Source of the DNA: Candidatus Yanofskybacteria bacterium RIFCSPHIGHO2_01_FULL_41_26
Lineage (GTDB): Bacteria; Patescibacteriota; Minisyncoccia; 2-02-FULL-40-12; GWA2-44-9
Direction of reading: 5' to 3'
Assembly: GCA_001794055.1 (NCBI GenBank)
Contig: MGJB01000006.1
Location: 90,168 to 154,167 of the forward strand
Length of the DNA: 64,000 bases
The position numbers and the translations under genes are program-made. This document shows positions 11,877 to 21,257 of the stretch, piece after piece. Each line of letters opens with the position of its first letter. Position 1 is the stretch's first letter. The notes beneath the pieces were generated by a model, which did no database searches, was not told the DNA's origin, and worked only from the letters and a program-made list of their open reading frames with translations.

Positions 11877-13139
11877 ATGAAATCAACCCCGAACAATACT
11901 TATATAAACACGAACGGAGACCTCAAAAAAAGGATTCTATTCGTAATTACACAGTCAGAATTGGGAGGAGCCCAAAAATTCTTGTCTAATCTTATTTCTC
12001 ATTTGGATAGGAATAGATATGAGTTTTTGGTGGCAGTCGGTTCAAGCGGTAATGGCGATTTTTTGAGAGTACTGAAGACTAAAGGCATTTCCTATCAAAC
12101 TCTTAATTTTTTGAAGCGAGACCCGGCAATAAGCGACCTTAGGGCTGTTTTTGAAATCCGCAGTTTGATCAAAAATTATCGTCCCGATGTTTTGTTTTTA
12201 AACAGTTCTAAGGCCGGATTTATCGGCTCTTTGGCCTCCGTATTTCCAACAAGGATAAATGCCGTAAAAGTTATTTACAGAATAGGCGGATGGTCATTTA
12301 ATGACCCGTGGCCGAAGTGGAAAAAACTGCTTTGGATTATCTTGGAATGGTTAAGCGCTAAATGGAAGGATGTTTTAATCGTTAATAATCAGAATGACTT
12401 GGAACAAGCTAAAAAACTAAAGATAAAACCCCGAATGCAGACAGTTTTGATTCACAATGGCATAGAGATTTATAAATTGGACTTTATGCAAAAGGAGGAA
12501 GCGCGAACAAGGTTGTTCGAAAAAACCGCTAAGTATTCCGATGGAGATACTCCCGCCCCAGAAGAACAGGGTTCGCCCCATGAAGTTGGACAACAAACCC
12601 AACATGTCATCGGCACGATCGCCAACTTCTACCCAACTAAAGGTTTGGAATATCTTATTCAAGCTGCCGATTATTTTCACCGAGGTTCGATATCGGTGAG
12701 TGATGCAGATAGTCTTATTTTTTTTATTATTGGAGACGGAGAATTAAGACTCGAACTGGAAAAAATGATACGAGAAAAAAGGTTGGGAGAAAAAGTTTTT
12801 CTTTTAGGCCAAATTCCCGATGCTTATAGGTTTTTGCCAGCTTTTGATGTTTTCGTTCTTCCATCAGTTAAAGAGGGTTTTCCTTGGGCGCTGATTGAAG
12901 CGATGTCGGCCAAATTGCCGGTCATTGCCACTGACGTAGGAGCAGTGTCGGAAATAATTGATAATTATAAAAACGGTTTACTAGTAAAACCAGGGGACCC
13001 AATCAAATTGGCGGAAAAAATCAACGAGGTCTTAAGAAATGACCATCTTAAAAATGAACTTGGCATCCAGGCCCACCAAACCGTGCTTTTCAATTTTGAG
13101 CTTGATAAGATGGTAAAAAAGATTGAGGAACTACTCTAA
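11877..13139 (+). CDS. glycosyltransferase family 1 (GT4)
   Basis: KEGFPWALIEAMSAKLPVIATDVGAVSEIIDNYKNGLLV motif. Confidence 0.85.
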   Translation: MKSTPNNTYINTNGDLKKRILFVITQSELGGAQKFLSNLISHLDRNRYEFLVAVGSSGNGDFLRVLKTKGISYQTLNFLKRDPAISDLRAVFEIRSLIKNYRPDVLFLNSSKAGFIGSLASVFPTRINAVKVIYRIGGWSFNDPWPKWKKLLWIILEWLSAKWKDVLIVNNQNDLEQAKKLKIKPRMQTVLIHNGIEIYKLDFMQKEEARTRLFEKTAKYSDGDTPAPEEQGSPHEVGQQTQHVIGTIANFYPTKGLEYLIQAADYFHRGSISVSDADSLIFFIIGDGELRLELEKMIREKRLGEKVFLLGQIPDAYRFLPAFDVFVLPSVKEGFPWALIEAMSAKLPVIATDVGAVSEIIDNYKNGLLVKPGDPIKLAEKINEVLRNDHLKNELGIQAHQTVLFNFELDKMVKKIEELL

Positions 13140-15385
13140 AAATCTCTACCGAGACTCTTTACAAACACTCTGGCATCAGCCTCAAAAGACGGGTCAACCT
13201 GAACCGCTTTATGAGCCATTTTTACAGCATCATCAATTCTTCCCAAATTAGCGTATGCGGTTGCCAGTGATGCATAATGCTGGGGGTTATTTGGATTAAC
13301 TTGAATCAACATTTCGTAGACCCAAGCAATATGGACAAAATCTTTGGTCTTGATATAAGCATTTACCAATCTTGCAAAATCCTCTTCGCGGGGACTATAC
13401 GGGTTTTTGCTCAATAGGGCCCTTTTTAAATCCTCTGCCCCGCTTAAGTCCCCGTTTTCTATTTTAGCCGCTCCTAAGTATGCATGGGATATGCCAGTAT
13501 CCGGATTTAAATCGACTGCTTTTTGGAAAAATTCAATGGCTTTAGTATAATCTTTTTTATTAAGATATGCTTGGGCTATTTCATAATAAGTTCTGATAAA
13601 CGTCGGCGAAAGTTCCAATGCTTTCATTGAATAGGCCAAAGCACTGTCATTATATGGTGACCCTGGATCTTCTTTACCAAACATGATATTCAATCGAGAA
13701 CCATAGAGATATGGCAGATTATCAATCGAGTTTTCTTTAATGTTTTTATCAACTTCTGTTATCGCATATTTATAAGCATCTTGGACTATTTTTTCTTTAA
13801 TACTCGGACCGCCTCCGCCGACCAGATATTGGGCAAATCTGTGTCTGTATTCATACTTGCCAGGCACATCATAAGACAAAGCTTCTTTATATTTTTCTAA
13901 AGCTCCATTAAAGTCGCTTGCCCACCCTCTTACAATAGCTCTTGTAAGTGTGTAGTTGGCCCTGGAAGGCAAAAAATTGGTTTTATATATCAACACTAGG
14001 ACAGAAACGACTAAAACAATGGTTAAAATGCCGATAAGAAATCTGTTTTTGATAACCGGGAAAGACATTTTTGTTTCTTCCTTTCGTTCACGCCCAAAAT
14101 AGGATACATATCCGGCAAGCGTAAAGAAAACAACAAAATTAGCCGAGGTGTCAAATATGAAAGAGTTGTGGATCATATATGCAACGACCGCTGAAGTAAG
14201 TCCTACACCGTAAACGACAAATTCGTTGTTCTTCATTAGTCTTCGAAGATGGGCGAACAAAGAAACAAAAATATTAACATAGGCCAAAAACCCCACAAGA
14301 CCCATCGTCACCAAAATCTCGATGAACATATTGTGGGCCCTGTCAAAAAGAGTCTCCGAGCCGATTCCCACAAAAAACTTCGGATTAAAATATTTCGAAA
14401 AAGGAATATTAAAATTCTCCGGCCCCCAGCCAAGAAGAATTGTTTTTGGATTTTCACTCCATCCTTTCAGCCCCGCCTGCCAGGCCCAAAAACGCGTCTG
14501 AACAGTAACTGAAGTAAGTGATAAATTGGTTATTCTGCTCAAATACCCGGAGTTTTTTACAAAAGAAGAGTTGTTAAACAATCCGACAAAAATAACGAAT
14601 AAGACAACAAGACCAACTAGAGAGCCGAACACCAACCTTCCGGTATGTGACTTTTTGCGCTCCATCCACAAGAACGCAAAAACCATAAGCCCGACCGCAT
14701 AACCTAAAATTGAACCTCTAACCGCAGTCATCAGAACAACAACAGAAGTTATTACAAAGGCTAGCAAATACAGAGTTCTTCGATTTTGAGTATTCCTGGG
14801 ATTTAAATACATTATCAAAGACAAGAACACGGATAGTAATTCATAGCCGGCAAATAAAGCTGCATTGCCGATGGTGCCGAATATCCTCGCACGTCCTCCT
14901 GATCCAAGGAAAAATTCAATATTTGTTTTCTGGGCAAATCCATAAAACGCCGATAAGACACCAATAAAAATAGTCAGGTCAAGCAATCTTTGCCAATGTT
15001 CTTTTTTTGTAAATACCGAAGTTAAAATTATAAAGAATAAAAAGTAATGCCAAAAAGTCCAAAGACCGCCCATTCTTTCAAGAGTGCCCCAAAAACTTGG
15101 ATATTTCAAAACACTGGTCAAGGTAGCCAAAGTAAACGCTAAAGCAAAAAACAATAAAGCCCAAAATATTCTATCTCGGCGAGGTAGAAAAAAACGGTTT
15201 TTAAAAACCAATACCAAATAAGCCACTCCTAAAACTTCAATTAAACTCCTAAAAATTATAACCTTCCCAAAATGAAAAGGGGAAATGAAATCCTTCCAAA
15301 TAATGAGCGGCACTAACGCCGTCAAATAAATTCCGAACCGGATAAATTTAACTAGACCCGATTCTCGTGATAATTGTTGTTGCAT
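13136..15385 (-). CDS. O-antigen ligase/polymerase-like polytopic membrane protein with C-terminal TPR repeats
   Basis: About 10 predicted TM helices in the N-terminal 450 aa. C-terminal TPR-like repeats (AYLNKKDYTKAIEFFQKAVDLNP; AYANLGRIDDAVKMAHKAVQVDP). Confidence 0.55.
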   Translation of the reverse strand: MQQQLSRESGLVKFIRFGIYLTALVPLIIWKDFISPFHFGKVIIFRSLIEVLGVAYLVLVFKNRFFLPRRDRIFWALLFFALAFTLATLTSVLKYPSFWGTLERMGGLWTFWHYFLFFIILTSVFTKKEHWQRLLDLTIFIGVLSAFYGFAQKTNIEFFLGSGGRARIFGTIGNAALFAGYELLSVFLSLIMYLNPRNTQNRRTLYLLAFVITSVVVLMTAVRGSILGYAVGLMVFAFLWMERKKSHTGRLVFGSLVGLVVLFVIFVGLFNNSSFVKNSGYLSRITNLSLTSVTVQTRFWAWQAGLKGWSENPKTILLGWGPENFNIPFSKYFNPKFFVGIGSETLFDRAHNMFIEILVTMGLVGFLAYVNIFVSLFAHLRRLMKNNEFVVYGVGLTSAVVAYMIHNSFIFDTSANFVVFFTLAGYVSYFGRERKEETKMSFPVIKNRFLIGILTIVLVVSVLVLIYKTNFLPSRANYTLTRAIVRGWASDFNGALEKYKEALSYDVPGKYEYRHRFAQYLVGGGGPSIKEKIVQDAYKYAITEVDKNIKENSIDNLPYLYGSRLNIMFGKEDPGSPYNDSALAYSMKALELSPTFIRTYYEIAQAYLNKKDYTKAIEFFQKAVDLNPDTGISHAYLGAAKIENGDLSGAEDLKRALLSKNPYSPREEDFARLVNAYIKTKDFVHIAWVYEMLIQVNPNNPQHYASLATAYANLGRIDDAVKMAHKAVQVDPSFEADARVFVKSLGRDF

Positions 15386-15424
15386 AACAAATATAAAATA
15401 CCATAATTTACAAAAATTTCAACC

Positions 15425-16723
15425 TTATTTTAGAGTTACTCTGTAAATTATTCCGGCAGAATCATCTGAAACATAAAGTGCTCCATCAGGCCCGAACTTC
15501 AAATCAACCGGCCGGCCGGATATTTTACCATTATCTCCTAACCATCCTGAAATAAAATCCTCCGGCTTTTGAGACAGAACCTTACCATTAGCATCTAAAT
15601 CATATCTGACAATCTTGTACCCGACGGCAATGCTTCTGTTCCAAGAACCATGAAACGCCACTAAAAGATCCCCCGCCCATTCTTTGGGCCATCCTTTATC
15701 TGTCGGAATAAAAGTCAAGCCCAAAGGAGCCGAGTGAGCTGGAATTTCTATAATGGGCGGTTCTGTCTTGGCGCAATCAGCAGACAGATCAATTCTTTTA
15801 ATTTTTTCCGGATTAAATATTTTATCTTTTATCCGATTACCATAACAAAATGGCCAGCCAAATCGTTTAGCGCCAAATTTATCTTCTGAGCCGGCAACTT
15901 TGATAATATTTATTTCGTCTGGCGGCAAAGAGTCTCCCAAATTATCACGCCCCATTTCTGATGCCCATATTTCTTTTGTCTTGGGGTGAAAAGTAAAAAA
16001 CACGGAATTCCTCAATCCTCCGGCAAACTCTGCAGTATAACTGCCTTCTGGGTCGGACTCTAAAATTGCCGCTCTTTTCCAGGTAGTATCTTCAACACAA
16101 ACATCGCAAGACGAACCGACACTTATATACAACTTGATATCGACAAGGGTGTTATTCCCCTTTTTTCCCGGCAATAGAGGGATTTTCCTAAAATTAGGCC
16201 CAAAAGATATTGTCCTCGTAAAATGTTGGCCATCAGCCGGAAGGTTAGTAATGTTTTTACCAACTCCATCAATTAATTTGCCAGTATTAGCATCGTAGGC
16301 ATACTTCACAATCTGCTGTGTCTCAGCAACATACAAATAAGTAGTTTTCCCGGAACTTACTTGTCTTGAGTCTGTCGAAGGATAAAAATCCAAACCGTGA
16401 GGCAATCTTAAGTTTTCGATTAAAATATGCCCCGATTCAAAATATCCATTTTTGTCTTTATCTTCCAAAACACTAACCCTGCCCGCTTTTGTTTCGCTTA
16501 CCAGCATTCTGTTCTTAGAATCAAAAACCATGACTCGGGGATTATCTAGATTTTTAGCCGCAATAGTAATTTTCAAACTTTCCGGAAGTTTAAGAAAGGA
16601 AAGATCAGTGTTGAAAATTTCCTGTATTGCGGACTCTTGGGGAGATTGAACATAAAACCAATTAAATACAACAAACGCAGCAAATACGACGGCTATTGCT
16701 AAAATTTTATATTTATTGAACAT
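15425..16723 (-). CDS. PQQ-dependent sugar (glucose/sorbosone) dehydrogenase-like beta-propeller protein, membrane-anchored
   Basis: N-terminal TM helix. HGLDFYPS...LYVAETQQIVKY...YISVGSSCDVC...EMGRDNLGDSLPPDEIN pattern of the soluble aldose/sorbosone dehydrogenase family. Confidence 0.55.
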   Translation of the reverse strand: MFNKYKILAIAVVFAAFVVFNWFYVQSPQESAIQEIFNTDLSFLKLPESLKITIAAKNLDNPRVMVFDSKNRMLVSETKAGRVSVLEDKDKNGYFESGHILIENLRLPHGLDFYPSTDSRQVSSGKTTYLYVAETQQIVKYAYDANTGKLIDGVGKNITNLPADGQHFTRTISFGPNFRKIPLLPGKKGNNTLVDIKLYISVGSSCDVCVEDTTWKRAAILESDPEGSYTAEFAGGLRNSVFFTFHPKTKEIWASEMGRDNLGDSLPPDEINIIKVAGSEDKFGAKRFGWPFCYGNRIKDKIFNPEKIKRIDLSADCAKTEPPIIEIPAHSAPLGLTFIPTDKGWPKEWAGDLLVAFHGSWNRSIAVGYKIVRYDLDANGKVLSQKPEDFISGWLGDNGKISGRPVDLKFGPDGALYVSDDSAGIIYRVTLK

Positions 16724-16743
16724 ATTTTAAAACATATTAACTT

Positions 16744-16770
16744 AAAAACAAAAGACCCGCAAATGGGTCT
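16744..16770 (-). terminator. intrinsic terminator downstream of 16799..18037
   Basis: agaccc-gcaaat-gggtct hairpin preceded on plus by an A-run (a T-run on the minus strand). Confidence 0.5.
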
Positions 16771-16798
16771 CCTGTTTTTAAAACAAAAATTTAAATTA

Positions 16799-18037
16799 CT
16801 AAATTGCTTTCAAATAGTCGCCATGAACCCAAGCATCTTTGGCCTGGTATTTTATCTTATGCCATGAACCTGACTGGCCCAAACTTTCTAATACTTGTCC
16901 CAGTGGAAGTTTGCCTAAAATAATGCTTGAAGTGCCGGCTGACGTTCTCACGTTGAGTTGGTCGGTGCCAACAACTTTATATTGTTTTTTAACAACCGAA
17001 CTTGGTGTCGGTGTTGAAGACATGGTTTTTCTAGAATAATCAGGTATTTGATTAACGGAAGTATACGCTGTTCCCTGCGGATACCAATTAAATTCTTTTG
17101 TATTGATGCAAAATACTTTTTTGAAAAAGTCAGCATCATCCGCTACGGCTTGTTCACCGGTAGTGTTAACCCAGTGAAGCTTTCCGGTATCTTCGCCGGT
17201 CGTTTCTACTCCATAAACCTTTTTATCATTGGTTTCACAATTTCTGAAAAGGCCGGAAGTTACAAATAGATCCCTTGTCACAGACGTAGTACCTTTAACT
17301 TTGTTAAAACCGCCAAGATGGCCGTAGAATCCAAATATGGCAGGATTTAAGAATAACCTCTTGTAGCCATATGGATTGACTATGTAAACATCCGGGTCGC
17401 TTGAACCAGCCGCGCTGATAACATCGCCATCTTTCAAACTCGCAGCTGACAAACTTACAAATCCTCTTGAGGCCGGAGTTGATTTGCTTACGGAAACAGA
17501 AACCGGGACTGAAACTGGAGTCGGGGTTGCCGAAACCGCCGGACTCACAACTGGCGCGGGAGTTGGGGTTGTAGTAGTTGTAGTAGTTGTAGTTGTTGTA
17601 GTTGTTGTCGTCCCGCCCCCTCCACCACCACCTCCGCCACTAGAACCACCGACGCTGCCAGTAGAGCCGCAAATAGTTGAACTGGGTGTTATTATTACTG
17701 TTGTCGCAGCAGATACAGTCAGATTTAGAGTTGATTTGCTTTCGGCGCAGGAATATGAAAAACCGCCATCGTTTTCTAATAACTTTCGGCCGGCTGATTC
17801 GAGATTAAAACTCTGGCCGGCAGAAATCGTGACCGTTATTTGAGTGCTGCTTACTACCACCGAATCCGCATCGGAACCGCCTACTATGTTAAAGTTTCCC
17901 GAGTCAAGCTCTATGGTAGTATCTTCTGTAAAATAAGCATCGCCGACAGCTTTTGCATGGTTAACTCCGATCAAGAATATTCCACCAAGCAAGATGGCAA
18001 CGAGAACTAAGGAGGATTTGTTTTTTATTTGTTTCAT
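16799..18037 (-). CDS. secreted protein with poly-Gly/poly-Thr linker and C-terminal SH3b domain
   Basis: Start set at MKQIKNKSSLVLVAILLGG (signal/TM). Has a G11-T15-PTPAPV low-complexity linker and a C-terminal SH3_3-like VNVRTSAG...GSWHKIKY...GWVHGDYL. A roughly 115-aa module is homologous to the N-terminus of 28831..32583. Confidence 0.6.
   Translation of the reverse strand: MKQIKNKSSLVLVAILLGGIFLIGVNHAKAVGDAYFTEDTTIELDSGNFNIVGGSDADSVVVSSTQITVTISAGQSFNLESAGRKLLENDGGFSYSCAESKSTLNLTVSAATTVIITPSSTICGSTGSVGGSSGGGGGGGGGTTTTTTTTTTTTTTTPTPAPVVSPAVSATPTPVSVPVSVSVSKSTPASRGFVSLSAASLKDGDVISAAGSSDPDVYIVNPYGYKRLFLNPAIFGFYGHLGGFNKVKGTTSVTRDLFVTSGLFRNCETNDKKVYGVETTGEDTGKLHWVNTTGEQAVADDADFFKKVFCINTKEFNWYPQGTAYTSVNQIPDYSRKTMSSTPTPSSVVKKQYKVVGTDQLNVRTSAGTSSIILGKLPLGQVLESLGQSGSWHKIKYQAKDAWVHGDYLKAI
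17565..17640. repeat. coding trinucleotide repeat (Thr codons ACN x15 followed by Gly codons GGN x11 on the minus strand)
   Basis: gtagtagttgtagtagttgtagttgttgtagttgttgtcgtcccgccccctccaccaccacctccgcc seen directly. Confidence 0.7.
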
Positions 18038-18038
18038 T

Positions 18039-18452
18039 TTATTTTTTTTGAAGTTGCATACTTCGAATAGTGTTAACAACCGGAGAGTCATCGTTTAGGT
18101 TTTCCCAGAACAATACTTGATCTTGATTTATTGTCATTTTGTCTTTGGGTTTATGAGGTTCAATCGCACCAAGTTTGACAAGTTGGCCAGCTCCATTTTC
18201 GTTAACTTTGACATAATAAACATCCGCCAGAATCAAATAATCAGAGCTAGCATTCTTTAAATGTCCAAAATATATCTGGTCATTTGTTAAAAATACGGCT
18301 TGAAATGTATTTGAATCTATAAAATCATTCCGGTCATAGCGATCATATGTAAGATAGTCCACAAAGAACTGCATCCCAACATAACCAATCGCAATAACCA
18401 GAACCGTCAAACCTACAGCCATGCCAACTAAGACATTCTTGTTTTTAGCCAT
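18039..18452 (-). CDS. hypothetical small membrane-anchored protein
   Basis: N-terminal TM helix (VLVGMAVGLTVLVIAIGYVGMQFF). No recognisable domain. Confidence 0.4.
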   Translation of the reverse strand: MAKNKNVLVGMAVGLTVLVIAIGYVGMQFFVDYLTYDRYDRNDFIDSNTFQAVFLTNDQIYFGHLKNASSDYLILADVYYVKVNENGAGQLVKLGAIEPHKPKDKMTINQDQVLFWENLNDDSPVVNTIRSMQLQKK

Positions 18453-18464
18453 ACTTGAATTATC

Positions 18465-19568
18465 TTACCTGCAAGATACTGTGCTAACAGTTAAAGCCGT
18501 GCCTCCGACATAAACACGAGCATAGACCGGCTTTCCTGCGGTATCTGTAAGTTGAAGACAAGATCCTTTGGTCCCATCAGAACTTCCAAAATACATACTT
18601 GCGGTGCCAGCCTTTACAAATTCAGCAACATATGCGGTGCTGGAACTGGCTACATTAGAACCAACAACAAGATTTCTCGTGATAAAAGCGTTTCCTGCCG
18701 AGGCATAACCAACTACTTCAAAATCAACTGCTACCGAAGCAGTGCCGTCCAAAAATGTCTTGCCATTTACTTCTAAAGCGCCTGTTAAAAGTAAGTCATT
18801 ACTGGCATCGATGTCCGTAGCATGACCAGTAGTAGCAGTTCCAAATCTTGAATATGCCACAGAAGCGGTCGCACCAGATAGACCAGCTACCTGAATTGCG
18901 TTTGGAGTGAAGAAATAAGATGCCGATGCCGTGCCTTGGACTTCAAACTTGGTTGAGGGTGTATCTCCAACGCCAACTCTCCGGTTTGTAGTATCGATGG
19001 TTAAAACGGTTGTAGTTCCAGCCGCATTTTGGAATCTGAAAGCAGTAGTGCTATCGTTATTCATTCCCGGCCTGACTTGACCGTTGGCTAAGAATAATAT
19101 TCCAGATACAGAAGCAACACTACCAAAAGAAGCCGTAGCTCTAACTTCTAAGTCGCCGACAATTAAAAGATCGTTAGTAGTTGTAATATAATTGGCGTGA
19201 TTGGTGGCAGAAGTACCAAATCTGTTATAGGCCACGGAGGCCACTCCGCCTACCTGCAATGTGTTAGCGGTCATTAAGTATGACGCAGAAGCTGTGCCTT
19301 GGACTTCAAAGGTTGTTGAAGGTGCGGCGCCGACACCTATTCGAGCATTTGTACTATCGCCTATAAGATAATTAGTACCGGCAGCATTTTGGAATCTAAC
19401 AGATGTAGTAGAATTAGCCGCTGGATTCACAAGAAAAGTACCCGTCGTACTCATGTTGGTCCCGATAGTGCTTGCAGCAAAAACGCCCAAGGGCGCAAGG
19501 ACAAAAACAGAAACTAAAGTGACTGAAAGAATCGACCAAGAAACCGACTGAAAGTTATATTTTTTCAT
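18465..19568 (-). CDS. secreted protein with internal tandem ~120-aa duplication
   Basis: Signal peptide. Two repeats, each RFQNAAGT...VGVG..PST.FEVQGTASASY...ASVAY.RFGT..T.HA......NDLL..G.LEV. Confidence 0.5.
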   Translation of the reverse strand: MKKYNFQSVSWSILSVTLVSVFVLAPLGVFAASTIGTNMSTTGTFLVNPAANSTTSVRFQNAAGTNYLIGDSTNARIGVGAAPSTTFEVQGTASASYLMTANTLQVGGVASVAYNRFGTSATNHANYITTTNDLLIVGDLEVRATASFGSVASVSGILFLANGQVRPGMNNDSTTAFRFQNAAGTTTVLTIDTTNRRVGVGDTPSTKFEVQGTASASYFFTPNAIQVAGLSGATASVAYSRFGTATTGHATDIDASNDLLLTGALEVNGKTFLDGTASVAVDFEVVGYASAGNAFITRNLVVGSNVASSSTAYVAEFVKAGTASMYFGSSDGTKGSCLQLTDTAGKPVYARVYVGGTALTVSTVSCR

Positions 19569-19631
19569 ATGTTATTAATTATAATTCAACAGTCTAATAC
19601 CGCACAAGCCCACTTATCAACAACCCTTATT

Positions 19632-21233
19632 TTAAAATTCATACACCAAGAAAGAATACCCTACCCTGTCGATGGGTTGATAAAAAGAAGACCAATCAAG
19701 TCTGTCATCAAGCCGCATTTGGCTTAATTCTTTTAATCTTATAAGAAAATTAATATTTACAGCATACCTTCCCGATAGATTTGAAATAGATGTTTCTGTC
19801 GAAGGTATGATATTTTTAATCCCGTAATATTTCGGATCAAAATATATATTGGCATCCGAATTCACAATTTTCGTATCAGGGTATTTTTTTTGATATTCTG
19901 CAAGACGTTTTAAATCATGTTTCCATTCCAAGTTTGAGTCATCCAAATACTTATGTCCATTGGCGGACCCCCCGATAAATTCATTAAAGTAGGCCAAATA
20001 ATCCGGGTAGATGCTCACGGCAGAAAAAACATACCAAATGGCCAGAACAAAAATTAAAATGGTGCCTGTTTTAATTTTTGTTCTGGAATTTTCAATTTTA
20101 AATTTCCAATTTTCGGTTAACCTTACCAACCCTCCTGCATAAAGAGTCAGGAACGGAAAAACCGGTAATAGATAACGAACACCAAGATTATGGGCTTTTA
20201 AATTTGTGACGAACAAGAAAAAAACAACAGGCATAAATATAAATAGTTTGTCCCGATTACTGATATTTAATTTTTTATGGAAAACCAACGCAAACACCAA
20301 AGCAGCCAGCACAGGAATGGGAGTCTTTATCAAAAATGCTTCCAGAAAATAATACCACCAGCCGTTTTGTGAAAACTGGCCGTTCAAATAGAAACTATAA
20401 TAAATATTCGCATCGGCATAAACCATGTTTATGCCTTTTAAGTAAAACCCCGAGTCCGTCGGCATAAAGTAAGAAAAATACACAACCACAAAAGCAGGAA
20501 TAATCATTATGGCTGTCATTTTGACAAACCCGCTAACCACCGAGTTAAAATCATTTCGTCCTGACTTGGCATAAACAAAAATCAAAAATAAAATTACCGG
20601 CAAAAACACAACAGCCGAAAATTTAGAGCTCAATGCCAAACCAAGAAATAATCCAGAATAAATTAAATGCTTGTTAATATTGGTTTTGACAAATTTCCAC
20701 AAATAATAAAAAGCGACAAACGAGAAGAGGGCCAAAGCTAAATCAGTGGTCACAAATTGAGCATGGGCAATAATGTTAGGCATAAAGGCATAAAGAAATA
20801 AAGATAATAGGCCCGCTTTGGAATTGAACATTTCAAAAGCCCATCGATAAATATAAAACCCCAGCAAAACAGAAAAGAGCATGATCGGCAATCTTCCCCA
20901 AAACAACAACCTGTCCACATTATTGGAAGTCAAAAACTTTTTGCCGAATTTCCATTCATTTTTAAAAGGTCCGACTAAATCGGGGTCTTGACTGTCAAAT
21001 TTCAAATTCATAAACAACAAAGGAAAGGAGGAAATCAATTTTACAAAAGGCGGATGCTGAGGATTTAACGTAATTTGTCCCGTTTTCCAATAAGAATAGC
21101 CGCTTGGAAGATGAGTTATTTCGTCGCTTGCCGGACTGAAGTTTTGAGAGCTGAAAAACGGCAAAAGAAAAGTCACGGCCAATAGGAAAATTATAGCAAC
21201 CTTAACCATCAAACTGTTTGAAAATTGAATCAT
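19632..21233 (-). CDS. GT39/ArnT-like lipid-carrier-dependent glycosyltransferase (PMT_2 family, GT-C fold)
   Basis: Polytopic. First-loop DE motif (SPASDEITHLPSGYSYWKTGQ) and NPQHPPFVKL motif typical of the dolichyl/undecaprenyl-phosphate-sugar protein mannosyltransferase / ArnT family. Confidence 0.7.
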   Translation of the reverse strand: MIQFSNSLMVKVAIIFLLAVTFLLPFFSSQNFSPASDEITHLPSGYSYWKTGQITLNPQHPPFVKLISSFPLLFMNLKFDSQDPDLVGPFKNEWKFGKKFLTSNNVDRLLFWGRLPIMLFSVLLGFYIYRWAFEMFNSKAGLLSLFLYAFMPNIIAHAQFVTTDLALALFSFVAFYYLWKFVKTNINKHLIYSGLFLGLALSSKFSAVVFLPVILFLIFVYAKSGRNDFNSVVSGFVKMTAIMIIPAFVVVYFSYFMPTDSGFYLKGINMVYADANIYYSFYLNGQFSQNGWWYYFLEAFLIKTPIPVLAALVFALVFHKKLNISNRDKLFIFMPVVFFLFVTNLKAHNLGVRYLLPVFPFLTLYAGGLVRLTENWKFKIENSRTKIKTGTILIFVLAIWYVFSAVSIYPDYLAYFNEFIGGSANGHKYLDDSNLEWKHDLKRLAEYQKKYPDTKIVNSDANIYFDPKYYGIKNIIPSTETSISNLSGRYAVNINFLIRLKELSQMRLDDRLDWSSFYQPIDRVGYSFLVYEF

Positions 21234-21257
21234 TGAAAATTTATTGAAAATTGAAAA

